Shown here one piece after another: positions 1 through 9,179 of a stretch of DNA of 64,000 bases. The stretch's first letter is position 1. Each line of letters begins with the position of its first letter. The DNA is from an uncultured delta proteobacterium. Lineage in GTDB: Bacteria; Desulfobacterota; Desulfuromonadia; Geobacterales; DSM-12255. A model generated the notes under the pieces. The model worked only from the letters and a program-made list of their open reading frames with translations. It searched no databases and had not been told where the DNA came from. The DNA is taken from contig CAWBBV010000016.1 of the NCBI GenBank assembly GCA_963787125.1, positions 128,001-192,000 of the forward strand. The letters run 5' to 3'. Made by a program: the position numbers and the translations under genes.

Positions 1-1182
1 CAGTTTTGCCTGCCACTTTTTACGCATCGTCTGACGCAGTATGGTAAATTTCCCCTTCCTTGTTGTCCCGCAAATATGCGTGAATCCAAGAAAATTGAAG
101 GTCTCCGGTTTTCTTTCGCCCCTGTCATTTCGGTTTTGGGCCGCAAACCGCCCAAACTCGATCAGGCGCGTTTTGTCCGGGTGCAATTCAAGGCCGAACT
201 TTGCCAGTCGTTGGCGTAGTTCGTCGAGAAATTTGTCTGCTTCATAACGATGCTGGAACCCCATGACGAAGTCGTCGGCAAAGCGAACGATGATGAAATC
301 GCCCTTTGCCTTTTTATCCCGCCACTGTAGGCTCCACAGGTCGAGTACATAGTGAAGGTAGATGTTTGCCAAGAGCGGACTAATGCTTCCACCTTGGACA
401 GTCCCCATTTCACTCTGTATTCGCTTCCCATCTTCCAGCACTCCGGCGCTCTGCCATTTCTGGATGAGTCGCACGATGCGCCGGTCCGCTATCCGGTGCT
501 CGATAAACTTCACCAGCCATTCGTGATTGAGGGTGTCGAAAAATGCACGTATGTCGGCATCGAGCACCCAGCCCACCTTCTTCATAAAGATTCCCATCCA
601 GAGGGCGTCCAGCGCTTTGTGCTGATGACGCTTTGGCCGGAATCCATAGGAGAAGCCTTGGAAGTCGGTTTCATAGATGGCGTTTAGTACCTCGACGACG
701 GCACGCTGGACGATCTTGTCTTCCAGCACGGGTAACCCTATCGGTCGTTGCCGACCGTCCGCCTTTGGTACGTATGCTCTGCGAACCGGCTTCGCCCGGT
801 ACGCTCCCCGTTTCAGCCGTCCAGAAAGGTCCTGAAGATTTCCCTCCAGATTCTCGCCGTAGTGCCGCCATGTCTCTCCATCTATTCCCGGAGCGGAGTC
901 ACGCTTGACGCCGTAATACGCCTGCCTCAGTTGATCTATGGCATAGACATGGTGAAAGAGCGCGGTGAACCGCTGCTGCTTATTCTTCCTTGCTGCCTGA
1001 CGTACCCGTTCAAGTGTGCTGGGCGCGCCAATCCGGCTCTGTGTCCGGGGCGCGTTGCGCTCAAGCGAGTTCCCCTTGGCCAGCCCCCTTTCCTCCATCC
1101 CCTCCGCCGACTGTTGCCAGTCTTTGTTCGGTGATTTCTCAGGTACTACGGGGCTGTCCGACTTCCCATGTCCGTTCATCAT
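1..1182 (-). CDS. ltrA: Group II intron reverse transcriptase/maturase (partial, runs off window start; start could be 1182, 1179 or 1098)
   Basis: Absent from the ORF track because there is no in-window stop. Manual translation gives APGIDG, PKADGRQRPIG, FSYGFRP, VLDADIRAFFD, GTVQGGSISPLLANIYLH, VRFADDF, LHPDKT and FNFLGF. Confidence 0.93.
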   Translation of the reverse strand, partial: MMNGHGKSDSPVVPEKSPNKDWQQSAEGMEERGLAKGNSLERNAPRTQSRIGAPSTLERVRQAARKNKQQRFTALFHHVYAIDQLRQAYYGVKRDSAPGIDGETWRHYGENLEGNLQDLSGRLKRGAYRAKPVRRAYVPKADGRQRPIGLPVLEDKIVQRAVVEVLNAIYETDFQGFSYGFRPKRHQHKALDALWMGIFMKKVGWVLDADIRAFFDTLNHEWLVKFIEHRIADRRIVRLIQKWQSAGVLEDGKRIQSEMGTVQGGSISPLLANIYLHYVLDLWSLQWRDKKAKGDFIIVRFADDFVMGFQHRYEADKFLDELRQRLAKFGLELHPDKTRLIEFGRFAAQNRNDRGERKPETFNFLGFTHICGTTRKGKFTILRQTMRKKWQAKL

Positions 1183-1548
1183 CGGGTTATGTCCTTGGAC
1201 TTTCCGTTGCGGCCTGCGAAACCCTCATTTCGCAGGCGTTCATGGGATCTCCCGGTTCCCGTGCAAGGTGTTTTTAGTACGTGCTCAAGGTCTCCGACCG
1301 CGCAGGGTCCGTGCATGTCTCGCGATTGCGACATGCACAGTGTTGCCTTCCGCCTACGTCCAGAACGTGGGCACCCTGAAGTTAACAAGATTTCGCGGCT
1401 CAATACTTGGCCCGCACGTACCCCTGTCAACGCTTCGCCGCCCCCTCGCGGGAAGCCGACGCATGACTCGGGGCCGGTGTGGTTCGCTACTCCTTCACCG
1501 TACGACTCTCTCATTCGCTACACCTTGCCGGTTTTGACCGGCGCTTTC
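1..1548 (-). mobile_element. Group II intron, 5' part (3' end lies outside the window); tentatively bacterial class E/F-like
   Basis: Minus strand begins GAAAGCGCCGGTCAAAACCGGCAAGGTGTAGCGAATG and continues with domain I-like motifs (CCGGCCCCGAGTCATGCG, GCGGAAGGCAACAC), then an RT ORF. Candidate EBS1 GGACGT (1356-1361) is complementary to the flanking exon ACGTCC (1549-1554). Confidence 0.9.
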
Positions 1549-1602
1549 GGACGTTGTTGATTAGTCAACTAAGCACCGAGTTAGTCAACTAATCAACAAC
1601 GT
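1549..1602. repeat. Small palindromic element, GGACGTTGTTGATTAGT...ACTAATCAACAACGT(CC)
   Basis: Perfect 15-bp inverted arms (17 bp once the IS110 is removed), with two internal copies of TTAGTCAACTAA (1561-1572, 1581-1592). Confidence 0.85.
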
Positions 1603-1729
1603 TATATATGACTGAGAGCTACAGATTTTTCCCCGGAAATTATAGATAAAATAATAAGTTACCAGTCTTGTAGTTCTATTGTCAGCCTGTTATTGAATAG
1701 CCATTTATTCAACATACCAGGAGGACAGA

Positions 1730-3019
1730 ATGGAAGCTGTAACGGATAGTCTGGCGTTGTTCAGACAGATGAAGGCATCAGTCAGGGGCTCGGAAAAACA
1801 TCTGCTAGTCGGCATCGATGTTGCCAAGAACAAGCACCATGCTTTCTTTGGAACACCCAATGGCAGAACGCTACGCAAGAACATGATCTTTGACAACAGC
1901 TTACAAGGATTCGAGAATCTGCGCAGTTTAGCCGGAGATCTCAAGAATCAACATGGCCTGGTCGAGGTTGTGTATGGACTTGAGCCTACAGCCTCCTACC
2001 ACAAGCCCTTAGCCGAATATCTGCTGCGACAGAAGGAGCAGGTTGTCTATGTATCCAATGTGGCCGTGGCAAAGAATCGAGCGCTACTGGATGGCCGTTG
2101 GGACAAGAACGACAAGAAGGATGCCGCCAATGTTGCCGATCTGGTGGGCCAGAGCCGCTGCCTCTTCTATGAGCTACCGCAAGAGAACCTGCGTGAATTA
2201 CGCAGCCTGATTGGTTTCAGGATCAGGCTGAAGAAGGAAGAGCACGCACTGAAAATGCGGCTGAGAAATAATGTTCTTGCCCAGTTCTTTCCCGAACTGG
2301 ACCAGCTCTACATCAAAGCAGGGCAACCGGACGACCTGATTCTTTCAATTGCCGAACATTGTCTGGACCCGAGGGAAATTGCCGGGATGGAGTTCGACGC
2401 CTTCCTGAAGCTCATTACAAAACGCAAGATCAGGATAGAACAGGAAAGACGTCTGCGCGAGCTTTGGGAGACTGCCGGAGAGTCCGTTGGTTGCCTTGTT
2501 CATGACGCCGCCAGATGGGAGGCCAAGAGTCTCGTCTGCCAGCTGAAGTCGATTCGTGAAACGGTCAAGGGTAATGAGCAGTTGATGGCAAAAGCAGCAA
2601 AGCAGTTTTCTGAATATGAGTGCCTTCTGTCTATTCCCGGATTCGGTCCGATTATTTCGGCCATGGTTCTTGCCGCCATCGGCAATCCTGTCCGGTTTCA
2701 GAATCAGGGACAGGTAGTGCGTCTGGCCGGACTGGACTTAAGTGCCGAGCGGAGCGGCAAGAACAGCAACAGTGCCAAGCCGGTGATCTCCAAGCAAGGG
2801 AAAGCGGCACTGCGTTACGCCCTGGTGCAAGCGGCAATGGTTGCCTCCACAGCGAATCCGGTTATCAGGACTTACTTTAGCAAATTAATCAGAGGTCGCG
2901 AGCTTGAGCGCGGCATCAACCTGAAGATGAAAGTCAAGCTGGCGGCAAAGCTTTTGGTTGTGGCCTGGACACTTATGAAGAAGAGAGAACCATTTAATCC
3001 TTCCTGCTTCACGGGATAA
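1730..3019 (+). CDS. IS110-family transposase/recombinase
   Basis: DEDD RuvC-like motifs (GIDVAK, GLEPTA, DKNDKKDA); C-terminal LLSIPGFG and GLD..AERSG; SD GGAGG upstream. Confidence 0.95.
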   Translation: MEAVTDSLALFRQMKASVRGSEKHLLVGIDVAKNKHHAFFGTPNGRTLRKNMIFDNSLQGFENLRSLAGDLKNQHGLVEVVYGLEPTASYHKPLAEYLLRQKEQVVYVSNVAVAKNRALLDGRWDKNDKKDAANVADLVGQSRCLFYELPQENLRELRSLIGFRIRLKKEEHALKMRLRNNVLAQFFPELDQLYIKAGQPDDLILSIAEHCLDPREIAGMEFDAFLKLITKRKIRIEQERRLRELWETAGESVGCLVHDAARWEAKSLVCQLKSIRETVKGNEQLMAKAAKQFSEYECLLSIPGFGPIISAMVLAAIGNPVRFQNQGQVVRLAGLDLSAERSGKNSNSAKPVISKQGKAALRYALVQAAMVASTANPVIRTYFSKLIRGRELERGINLKMKVKLAAKLLVVAWTLMKKREPFNPSCFTG

Positions 3020-3029
3020 CCACCCTAGA

Positions 3030-3205
3030 GGCAGGCAGTAGGCGAGATAAGCCCGTTTAACAACGTAGAGGCAGCAATGACCTCGGGAGGGACAATACCG
3101 GGCATCTCACTAAAATCTTGGAGCTTTGATAAGGAATGATAGACAACCCAGTTCCCGATGCGGGCGGGGGATGTCGGATACAAGTAACGATTAAGCTCAA
3201 GGTTT
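3030..3205 (+). ncRNA. Putative bridge/seek RNA of the IS110 element
   Basis: Two stem/internal-loop/stem modules. The first (GAGAT..GCCCG / CGGGCATCTC, inner GAGG-CA-GCAA-TG-A-CCTC) displays TAACAACGT and GGGAC, matching the reconstructed target. Confidence 0.65.
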
Positions 3206-3329
3206 GCCGTAAGTGAGAGACTCGCCATTTCACCAAAGCAAGGGATAGCTGCGCCCGCAATCCGCAAGGATGACTAACTATTTGATTTTAAAAGAGCGAT
3301 ATTTTCAGTTGACAGGTGGACTATAGAAT

Positions 3330-3369
3330 GTCCCCTATGCCCCGCTAACAACGTCCCCTATGCCCCGCT
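3330..3369. repeat. Tandem duplication of (AACAAC)GTCCCCTATGCCCCGCT
   Basis: GTCCCCTATGCCCCGCT at 3330-3346 and 3353-3369 (23-nt period). Confidence 0.9.
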
Positions 3370-3580
3370 TTTCCTTGAATTCTGTCCAAAACAATCCACT
3401 TGGGACACTGTTCTCAAAACCTTCCAGGACAACATAAACGCCGTCTTCAATGCGAGAAACTTTGTATTTCTGGTTTGGTACGAGCCTTGACAGGTCAGTC
3501 ATGATGATTAAGTCACGACCTCGACTACTTGGCTTATAAATGACCCACTCACCAGCACTAAATGGACATTTTTCTTCCAT
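3335..3580 (-). CDS. Small hypothetical protein, gene-cassette-like; last ~10 codons are supplied by the repeat
   Basis: 81-aa AT-rich ORF with SD AAGGA, starting 14 nt after a GTTCGGC core-like site. Confidence 0.65.
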   Translation of the reverse strand: MEEKCPFSAGEWVIYKPSSRGRDLIIMTDLSRLVPNQKYKVSRIEDGVYVVLEGFENSVPSGLFWTEFKEKRGIGDVVSGA

Positions 3581-3594
3581 CTGTTTCCTTTATG

Positions 3595-3695
3595 GCCGAA
3601 CTCGTTCATCAACGGTTTCAGTATATAAGCAACTTGCTACTTATAAAAGTAACATACGACCTATATAAGTAACCCCTATGGCGACCTATATAAGT
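3595..3695 (-). other. attI-like recombination site with direct repeats
   Basis: Minus-strand GATGAACGA-GTTCGGC just before the small ORF; CGACCTATATAAGT twice (3657-3670, 3682-3695) plus related TATAWAAG motifs at 3622 and 3642. Confidence 0.45.
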
Positions 3696-3711
3696 GTCTT
3701 TTGCTACCGGT

Positions 3712-4059
3712 TTATCGTGCCATTATCCTCGATTCAAGTTCAGTTCCACGAATCAGTCCATACCGCACAAACCACATCTTTATCTCCCCATCCCACCTTG
3801 CCCGCACTCTGCGCAGCTGCTGCCGCAGCTCTTCTTCATCATAGAAAACTGATACCGGAACCATCTCTTCATCACTGAAACGGGGCTTCACCAAAGGTTT
3901 TTCATCAACAATCAATTCAACCGTCTTTATCTTGACCTGACGGAGCTCGTCGAAACGGTACCTGACGCAAAGCAGAGCGTCACCATACTTCTCCTGTAGC
4001 CGGACAGTCCCTTTTTGCCCCGGCTTCAGGTGAGCATATGCTTTCATATCCCTGAGCAT
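3712..4059 (-). CDS. Conserved small hypothetical protein (LKPGQKGT...CVRYRFD...KTVELIVDE; C-terminal DUF5710-like ARWD...W motif)
   Basis: 115-aa ORF with SD GGAGG and an upstream promoter; family recognised from memory only. Confidence 0.8.
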   Translation of the reverse strand: MLRDMKAYAHLKPGQKGTVRLQEKYGDALLCVRYRFDELRQVKIKTVELIVDEKPLVKPRFSDEEMVPVSVFYDEEELRQQLRRVRARWDGEIKMWFVRYGLIRGTELESRIMAR

Positions 4060-4181
4060 CTAGCCTCCCATAAAACGCAAAAAACCGCTCCACTGGTTCA
4101 TTTCGGCAGAGCGGCCTTCTCAAAAGTTCTGACTATCTACACAACAAACCATCATTGGCTCCAGATCATAAAATTGCACTC

Positions 4182-4210
4182 ACAATACTGTTAGGGATAG
4201 TGCCTGTCAA
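4182..4210 (-). promoter_or_regulatory. Sigma70-like promoter TTGACA-N17-TATTGT
   Basis: Perfect -35 and 17-bp spacer, pointing into the 115-aa gene and cassette-like region. Confidence 0.7.
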
Positions 4211-4251
4211 GCGGGAACAGGCGCGGGGTTACAGATTTATCAATATAGACC

Positions 4252-4285
4252 AAAAGAGGGATTCCGTTGCAGGAATCCCTCTTTT
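4252..4285. terminator. Rho-independent terminator
   Basis: AAAAGAGGGATTCC-N6-GGAATCCCTCTTTT downstream of the acyl-CoA synthetase. Confidence 0.85.
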
Positions 4286-4357
4286 ATATATTCATTTCGA
4301 GCAAAGATTTTGATGCAAGTACAAGACAGCTAAGAACACCGCGGAGGCGTAACAGCG

Positions 4358-6016
4358 CTACGCTGTCGGCCCTGCCTCCTCAAGCGATAGCTCCTTGATC
4401 GCCATATCTCTCAGCTTGAATTTCTGGATTTTTCCAGAAGCTGTCATCGGGTACGCATCAACAAAACGGACATATTTCGGAATCTTGTAGTTGGCAATCT
4501 TCCCCTGACAGTAGTCCCTGACCTCATCTTCGGTCATCTCCACACCCTTTTTGAGGATAATCGCCGCCATCACCTGCTCGCCGTATTTGCGGTCAGGCAC
4601 GCCGTACACCTGAATATCGGAGACCTTCGGATGAGTGTAGAGAAACTCTTCGATCTCGCGGGGGTAGATATTTTCGCCGCCGCGGATAATCATGTTCTTG
4701 ATCCTGCCGGTTATTTTGCAGTAGCCGTTTTCATCCATAATCGCCAGGTCGCCGGTGTGGAGCCATTTTTCCTGGTCGATCGCCCTGGCGGTCTCATCAG
4801 GCATCTTGTAGTAACCCTTCATGACCAGATAACCGCGCGTACAGAGTTCACCCTGCTTGCCGGGTGGGAGTGTTTCGCCGGTCTCGATATCAACGATCTT
4901 CACCTCAACATCCGGCAGAGCCCGGCCGACGGTGGAGACGCGCAGCTCGATGGCATCGTCGGTTCTTGTCTGGGTGATAACCGGTGACGATTCGGTCTGG
5001 CCGTAGGCAATGGTGATATCGGTGGCATTCATCTGGCTGATAACCTTCTTCATCACCTCTATGGGGCAGTTGGAACCGGCCATTATCCCGGTGCGCAGGG
5101 AAGAGAGGTCAAAACTGGCAAACTCCGGATGTTCCAGTTCGGCGATGAACATGGTCGGCACACCGTGCAGAGCGGTGCATTTTTCTTTTTCCACGGTCTG
5201 CAGAACCTTGAGCGGATCGAATATCTCTACCGGAATCATGGCTGAGCCGTGGGTAACGCAGGCCATGACGCCGAGAACACAGCCGAAGCAGTGAAAGAAC
5301 GGCACCGGAATACAGAGCCGGTCGTTCTCGGTGAACTTCATGCATTCACCGATGTTGTAGCCGTTGTTGATGACATTGAAATGAGTCAGCATGACCCCTT
5401 TGGGAAAACCGGTCGTCCCGGAGGTATACTGCATATTGATGACTTCGTGGCGATCAAGGGTCGCCTCAACGGCGGCCAGCTCCCCGTCGCTGACGGTCTC
5501 CCCCAGCTTGACAATCTCTTCAAAATTCACCATCCCGGCGGGAGTTTCCCCCCCGATAAAAACAACATTTTTCAGATACGGCAGCTTTTCCGCCTGAAGT
5601 TTTCCGGCGGTAGCGGCTGCCAGTTCCGGAACGACTTCATTAACGGTATCGACATAATCGGTATCCTTGAACGACTTGACCATGAAAAGCGTCGTCGAGT
5701 CGGATTGATTAAGAATATATTCAAGCTCAGCCGATTTATAGCTGGTGTTGACCGTTACCAGGACTGCGCCGATCTTGGCGGTTGCAAACTGCAGCGTAAC
5801 CCATTCCGGGACGTTGTACGCCCAGATGGAAAGATTATCCCCTTTCTTGACCCCCATTTTCAGGAGCCCCTTGGCAACCAGACGGCAACGTTCATTGAAC
5901 TGTGTCCAGCTGTAACGAAGTTCACGCTCAGGATAGATCAGGGCGTCGTTGTCCGGGTATTTGGCAGCAATATGGTCGAGCAGACCACCGACGGTATATT
6001 CGAGTTGATTCGACAT
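4358..6016 (-). CDS. AMP-binding acyl-CoA synthetase
   Basis: [35 protein letters not shown] and PMTASGK motifs. Confidence 0.95.
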   Translation of the reverse strand: MSNQLEYTVGGLLDHIAAKYPDNDALIYPERELRYSWTQFNERCRLVAKGLLKMGVKKGDNLSIWAYNVPEWVTLQFATAKIGAVLVTVNTSYKSAELEYILNQSDSTTLFMVKSFKDTDYVDTVNEVVPELAAATAGKLQAEKLPYLKNVVFIGGETPAGMVNFEEIVKLGETVSDGELAAVEATLDRHEVINMQYTSGTTGFPKGVMLTHFNVINNGYNIGECMKFTENDRLCIPVPFFHCFGCVLGVMACVTHGSAMIPVEIFDPLKVLQTVEKEKCTALHGVPTMFIAELEHPEFASFDLSSLRTGIMAGSNCPIEVMKKVISQMNATDITIAYGQTESSPVITQTRTDDAIELRVSTVGRALPDVEVKIVDIETGETLPPGKQGELCTRGYLVMKGYYKMPDETARAIDQEKWLHTGDLAIMDENGYCKITGRIKNMIIRGGENIYPREIEEFLYTHPKVSDIQVYGVPDRKYGEQVMAAIILKKGVEMTEDEVRDYCQGKIANYKIPKYVRFVDAYPMTASGKIQKFKLRDMAIKELSLEEAGPTA

Positions 6017-6105
6017 TGCATTTCCTCCTCTGCGGATAGTATCAACAACTGTTTAACAGGATAACTCCTAAGGCTGAATAACCGCACGCAACCGCAAAAT
6101 CAAAG

Positions 6106-6237
6106 GCAATAGAACGCGGATCAATCCGATTTAAGCGGATCTACACGGATAAAATAAACCGGAAAAAGAATTTAAATCCGCGGAAATCCGCTCAATCCGC
6201 TCAATCCGCTCAATCCGCGTCATCCGTGTTCTATTGC
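6106..6237. repeat. Intergenic palindrome built from 9-mer CGGAT/ATCCG repeats
   Basis: Terminal inverted repeat GCAATAGAACGCGGAT / ATCCGTGTTCTATTGC; ATCCGCTCA three times in tandem. Confidence 0.85.
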
Positions 6238-6249
6238 AGTTCAAGGTTT

Positions 6250-7152
6250 TTACTTGCAGCCGGACCGTGCCCGAGCCACCCGCGAACCGGATGGTCTGCC
6301 GAGAATTTCGGAGATATAATTACCCGCTTCAATCAGACTGTCAAGATTTACTCCGGTTTCAATGCCAAGACCATTGAGCATATAAAGAAGATCCTCGCTG
6401 GCAACGTTGCCGGCGGCTCCGAGAGCATACGGGCACCCCCCCAGACCGGCGACGGAGCTGTCAACCACCGAGATCCCACGCTCCAGCACCGCCAGGATAT
6501 TGGCCAGCGCCTGACCGTAGGTGTCGTGAAAATGAACTGCCAGCTTCTCCCGAGGCACCTTGTCAGCCACTGCATCAACCATGGCCTGCGCCTTCCCCGG
6601 TGTGCCGACGCCGATAGTGTCACCGAGGAAGATCTCGTAACAGCCGAGCTCAAACAGCCGCGCCGCCACATTCGCCACCGCTGCCGGGGCAACCTCTCCC
6701 TCGTAAGGGCAGCCGAGCGCACAGGAAACCGCCCCGCGTACCTTTACGCCCCGTTTGGCCGCTGCCTTGGTGACCTTGGCAAAACGCTCGATACTCTGCT
6801 CAATCGAGCAGTTGATATTCTTCTGGGAAAAGGTTTCCGATGCCGCGCCAAAGACGGCAACTTCAGTCGCTCCGGCGGCGACCGCCGCCTCAAACCCCTG
6901 CAGATTGGGAACCAGAACCGGATAGGAGACACCCGGCTTGCGGACGATTCCGGCCATCACGACGGCATTGTCAGCCATCTGCGGCATCCATTTCGGCGAA
7001 ACGAAGCTGGTGGCCTCGATGGATGACAGTCCGGCGGCAGTCAGACGGTTTATCAATTCGATCTTGAATTCTGCCGGCACGATCAGCCGCTCTTTCTGCA
7101 GGCCGTCCCGGGGGCCGACCTCAACTATCTTGACAAACCTGGGCAGCCTCAT
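6250..7152 (-). CDS. liuE: Hydroxymethylglutaryl-CoA lyase
   Basis: [17 protein letters not shown] and GLGGCPY motifs. Confidence 0.95.
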   Translation of the reverse strand: MRLPRFVKIVEVGPRDGLQKERLIVPAEFKIELINRLTAAGLSSIEATSFVSPKWMPQMADNAVVMAGIVRKPGVSYPVLVPNLQGFEAAVAAGATEVAVFGAASETFSQKNINCSIEQSIERFAKVTKAAAKRGVKVRGAVSCALGCPYEGEVAPAAVANVAARLFELGCYEIFLGDTIGVGTPGKAQAMVDAVADKVPREKLAVHFHDTYGQALANILAVLERGISVVDSSVAGLGGCPYALGAAGNVASEDLLYMLNGLGIETGVNLDSLIEAGNYISEILGRPSGSRVARARSGCK

Positions 7153-9158
7153 ACAACTTCACCTTCAAGCGCAAAAGAGAGCAGTTCGGCCCCTTCATTT
7201 ACCAGTTCACCAACCCGGTAATAGATCTCCGCCAGAACTCCGTCTCTCGGTGCAGTGATGGTATGTTCCATCTTCATCGCCTCCATGATAACAAGCGGAG
7301 TACCCTTGGTAACAATAGCGCCGCTTTCGACAAGCACGGCTACTATCTTCCCCGGCATCGGCGCTGTCAGCCTGCCGCCAAGACCATCATCCGCTTCCAG
7401 CGCAGAGAGTGGGTCGTAGAGCGTCAGGCGATGACTCTTGCCGGATTCGATAATGACAATTTCGGCGCCAAAGCAGACGACGGTAACCTTGCAGCGCGCC
7501 CCGCCAAGGTCTGCCAGGATTTCACCCTCACCATTAATAACCCCGCTTACCAGCAAAGCGCCACCTGGCAGCTCAAGCAGATAGGCGGTTGAGCGGTAAT
7601 GAGCCGTAATGCTGACCGCGGCTTCGCCGTCGATAAAGTTAATGACATGGTGATTATCAACATTAAGACGCCAGCCGCCGGTACTGTGCCACGGCGAAAA
7701 TGGATCGGCGCCGTTTCCGGCAACTTTTTTTGCTTCCGCTTCCCGCGTCAGAAGCAGGTAGAGCGCGGCCGAAGCGAGGATCCGGTCTGATGCTGCCTGA
7801 GTTTCCGGGAAAAGCCTCTTTTCGTGTCTGGCGATAAAGCCGGTGTCAAGCTCGGCATTGGCAAAAGCTTCATCAGCGGCAATCATGTTCAGAAATTCGA
7901 TATTGGTGGTGACCCCGACAACCTGATATTCGGCCAGCGCCCCTTTAAGCCGCCTGACTGCCGCCATCCTGTCCTTGTCCCAGACAATCAGCTTGGCAAT
8001 CATCGGATCATAATGGATCGAGACGCTATCCCCCTCCTTGACGCCGGTATCAACCCGGACAAATGGGCTCTCCGCCGGAGTTCTCAGATGGGCGAGTCTG
8101 CCGGTTGCCGGCAGGAAATCTTTGGCAGGGTCTTCAGCATAGATTCTGACTTCAATGGCATGACCAAAGATCTGCAGTTCAGCCTGGCTTTTGGGCAACT
8201 CCCCTCCGGCAGCGACCAGCAGCTGCCACTCCACCAGATCCTGGCCGGTGATCATCTCCGTAACCGGATGCTCCACCTGCAAGCGCGTATTCATCTCCAT
8301 GAAGTAGAATGAGCCATCCTCATCAAGCAGGAATTCGACGGTGCCGGCGCCGACATACCCGATTGCTTTAGCCGCTGCGACAGCCGCTTCACCCATTTGA
8401 CTCCGGAGCTCGGCAGTCATTCCCGGGGCGGGAGCCTCCTCGACAACTTTTTGGTGGCGACGCTGAATTGAACAGTCGCGCTCGAAGAGATGAACCGTAT
8501 TACCGTTAATGTCGGCAAACACCTGAATCTCCACATGCCTGGGACGGGTCAGATACCTCTCCAGCAGCACCTTGTCATCGCCAAAAGAAGAGAGTGCCTC
8601 CCGCTTTGCGCCGCTAAGAGCATCAGCAAAACCGGCAGCATCACCGACAACCCGCATCCCCTTGCCGCCGCCACCGGCGGTAGCCTTGATAAGCAGGGGG
8701 AAGCCGATTTTTTCAGCTTCGGCCGCCAGGAGCAGCGCATCCTGATTATCACCGTGATAACCCGGTACAAGCGGCACCCCGGCTAACTCCATGATCTGTT
8801 TTGCGGCGCTTTTGGACCCCATTGCCTCGATGGCCGCAACCGGCGGGCCGATAAAAGCGATGCCGGCGGCAGCGCACTCCCTGGCGAAAATGGCGTTTTC
8901 CGAAAGAAAGCCATACCCCGGATGAACCGCATTGGCGCCACTTTTTCTGGCCACTTCGAGGATGACGTCACTACAGAGATAACTCTCCCGTGCAGGCGCA
9001 GGGCCGATGCGCCAGGCTTCATCAGCCATAGAGACATGCATGGCGCCTGCATCGGCGTCAGAATAGACGGCAACGGTGCGGATGCCGAGACGCCTGGCGG
9101 TACGAATAACACGGCAGGCAATTTCACCGCGGTTTGCTATCAGGATTTTATCGAACAT
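7149..9158 (-). CDS. liuD: 3-methylcrotonyl-CoA carboxylase, biotin (alpha) subunit
   Basis: [28 protein letters not shown] and EAMKM biotin site; liu context. Confidence 0.93.
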   Translation of the reverse strand: MFDKILIANRGEIACRVIRTARRLGIRTVAVYSDADAGAMHVSMADEAWRIGPAPARESYLCSDVILEVARKSGANAVHPGYGFLSENAIFARECAAAGIAFIGPPVAAIEAMGSKSAAKQIMELAGVPLVPGYHGDNQDALLLAAEAEKIGFPLLIKATAGGGGKGMRVVGDAAGFADALSGAKREALSSFGDDKVLLERYLTRPRHVEIQVFADINGNTVHLFERDCSIQRRHQKVVEEAPAPGMTAELRSQMGEAAVAAAKAIGYVGAGTVEFLLDEDGSFYFMEMNTRLQVEHPVTEMITGQDLVEWQLLVAAGGELPKSQAELQIFGHAIEVRIYAEDPAKDFLPATGRLAHLRTPAESPFVRVDTGVKEGDSVSIHYDPMIAKLIVWDKDRMAAVRRLKGALAEYQVVGVTTNIEFLNMIAADEAFANAELDTGFIARHEKRLFPETQAASDRILASAALYLLLTREAEAKKVAGNGADPFSPWHSTGGWRLNVDNHHVINFIDGEAAVSITAHYRSTAYLLELPGGALLVSGVINGEGEILADLGGARCKVTVVCFGAEIVIIESGKSHRLTLYDPLSALEADDGLGGRLTAPMPGKIVAVLVESGAIVTKGTPLVIMEAMKMEHTITAPRDGVLAEIYYRVGELVNEGAELLSFALEGEVV

Positions 9159-9179
9159 GGCGGTATCCTTTGTGTGAAC

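Larger units (their letters stand above)
1601..3331 (+). mobile_element. IS110-family insertion sequence with long 3' non-coding end; predicted core dinucleotide GT
   Basis: Transposase plus ~310-bp structured right end. Joining AACAAC-GT (1595-1602) to CCCCTATG (3332 onward) rebuilds an exact copy of the adjacent 23-mer at 3347-3369. An alternative left end near 1665 is less favoured. Confidence 0.75.

Noticed and set aside
1..1182. RT as a DGR, retron or CRISPR-associated RT
   Set aside because: It is embedded in group II intron RNA with EBS-IBS pairing; no TR/VR pair, msr-msd or cas genes were seen.
1179..1514. 111-aa ORF MRESYGEG...
   Set aside because: Coincides with structured domain I of the intron RNA, including EBS1; unlikely to be a protein.
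41..1560. Several plus-strand ORFs over the intron
   Set aside because: Antisense shadows of the RT gene and ribozyme.
1549..1607. Palindrome as an integron attC site
   Set aside because: The apparent TATAAC end is created by the IS110 junction; the arms are perfect, without extrahelical bases or paired RYYYAAC/GTTRRRY boxes.
1665..1690. IS110 left end at ~1665, based on a 14/17 inverted match to 3312-3328
   Set aside because: Disfavoured but not excluded: the 1601 boundary restores both the palindrome and an exact 23-bp duplication, and it matches the guide loop.
6176..6230. Tandem ATCCGCTCA repeats as a CRISPR array
   Set aside because: Units are 9 nt with no unique spacers, and there are no cas genes.
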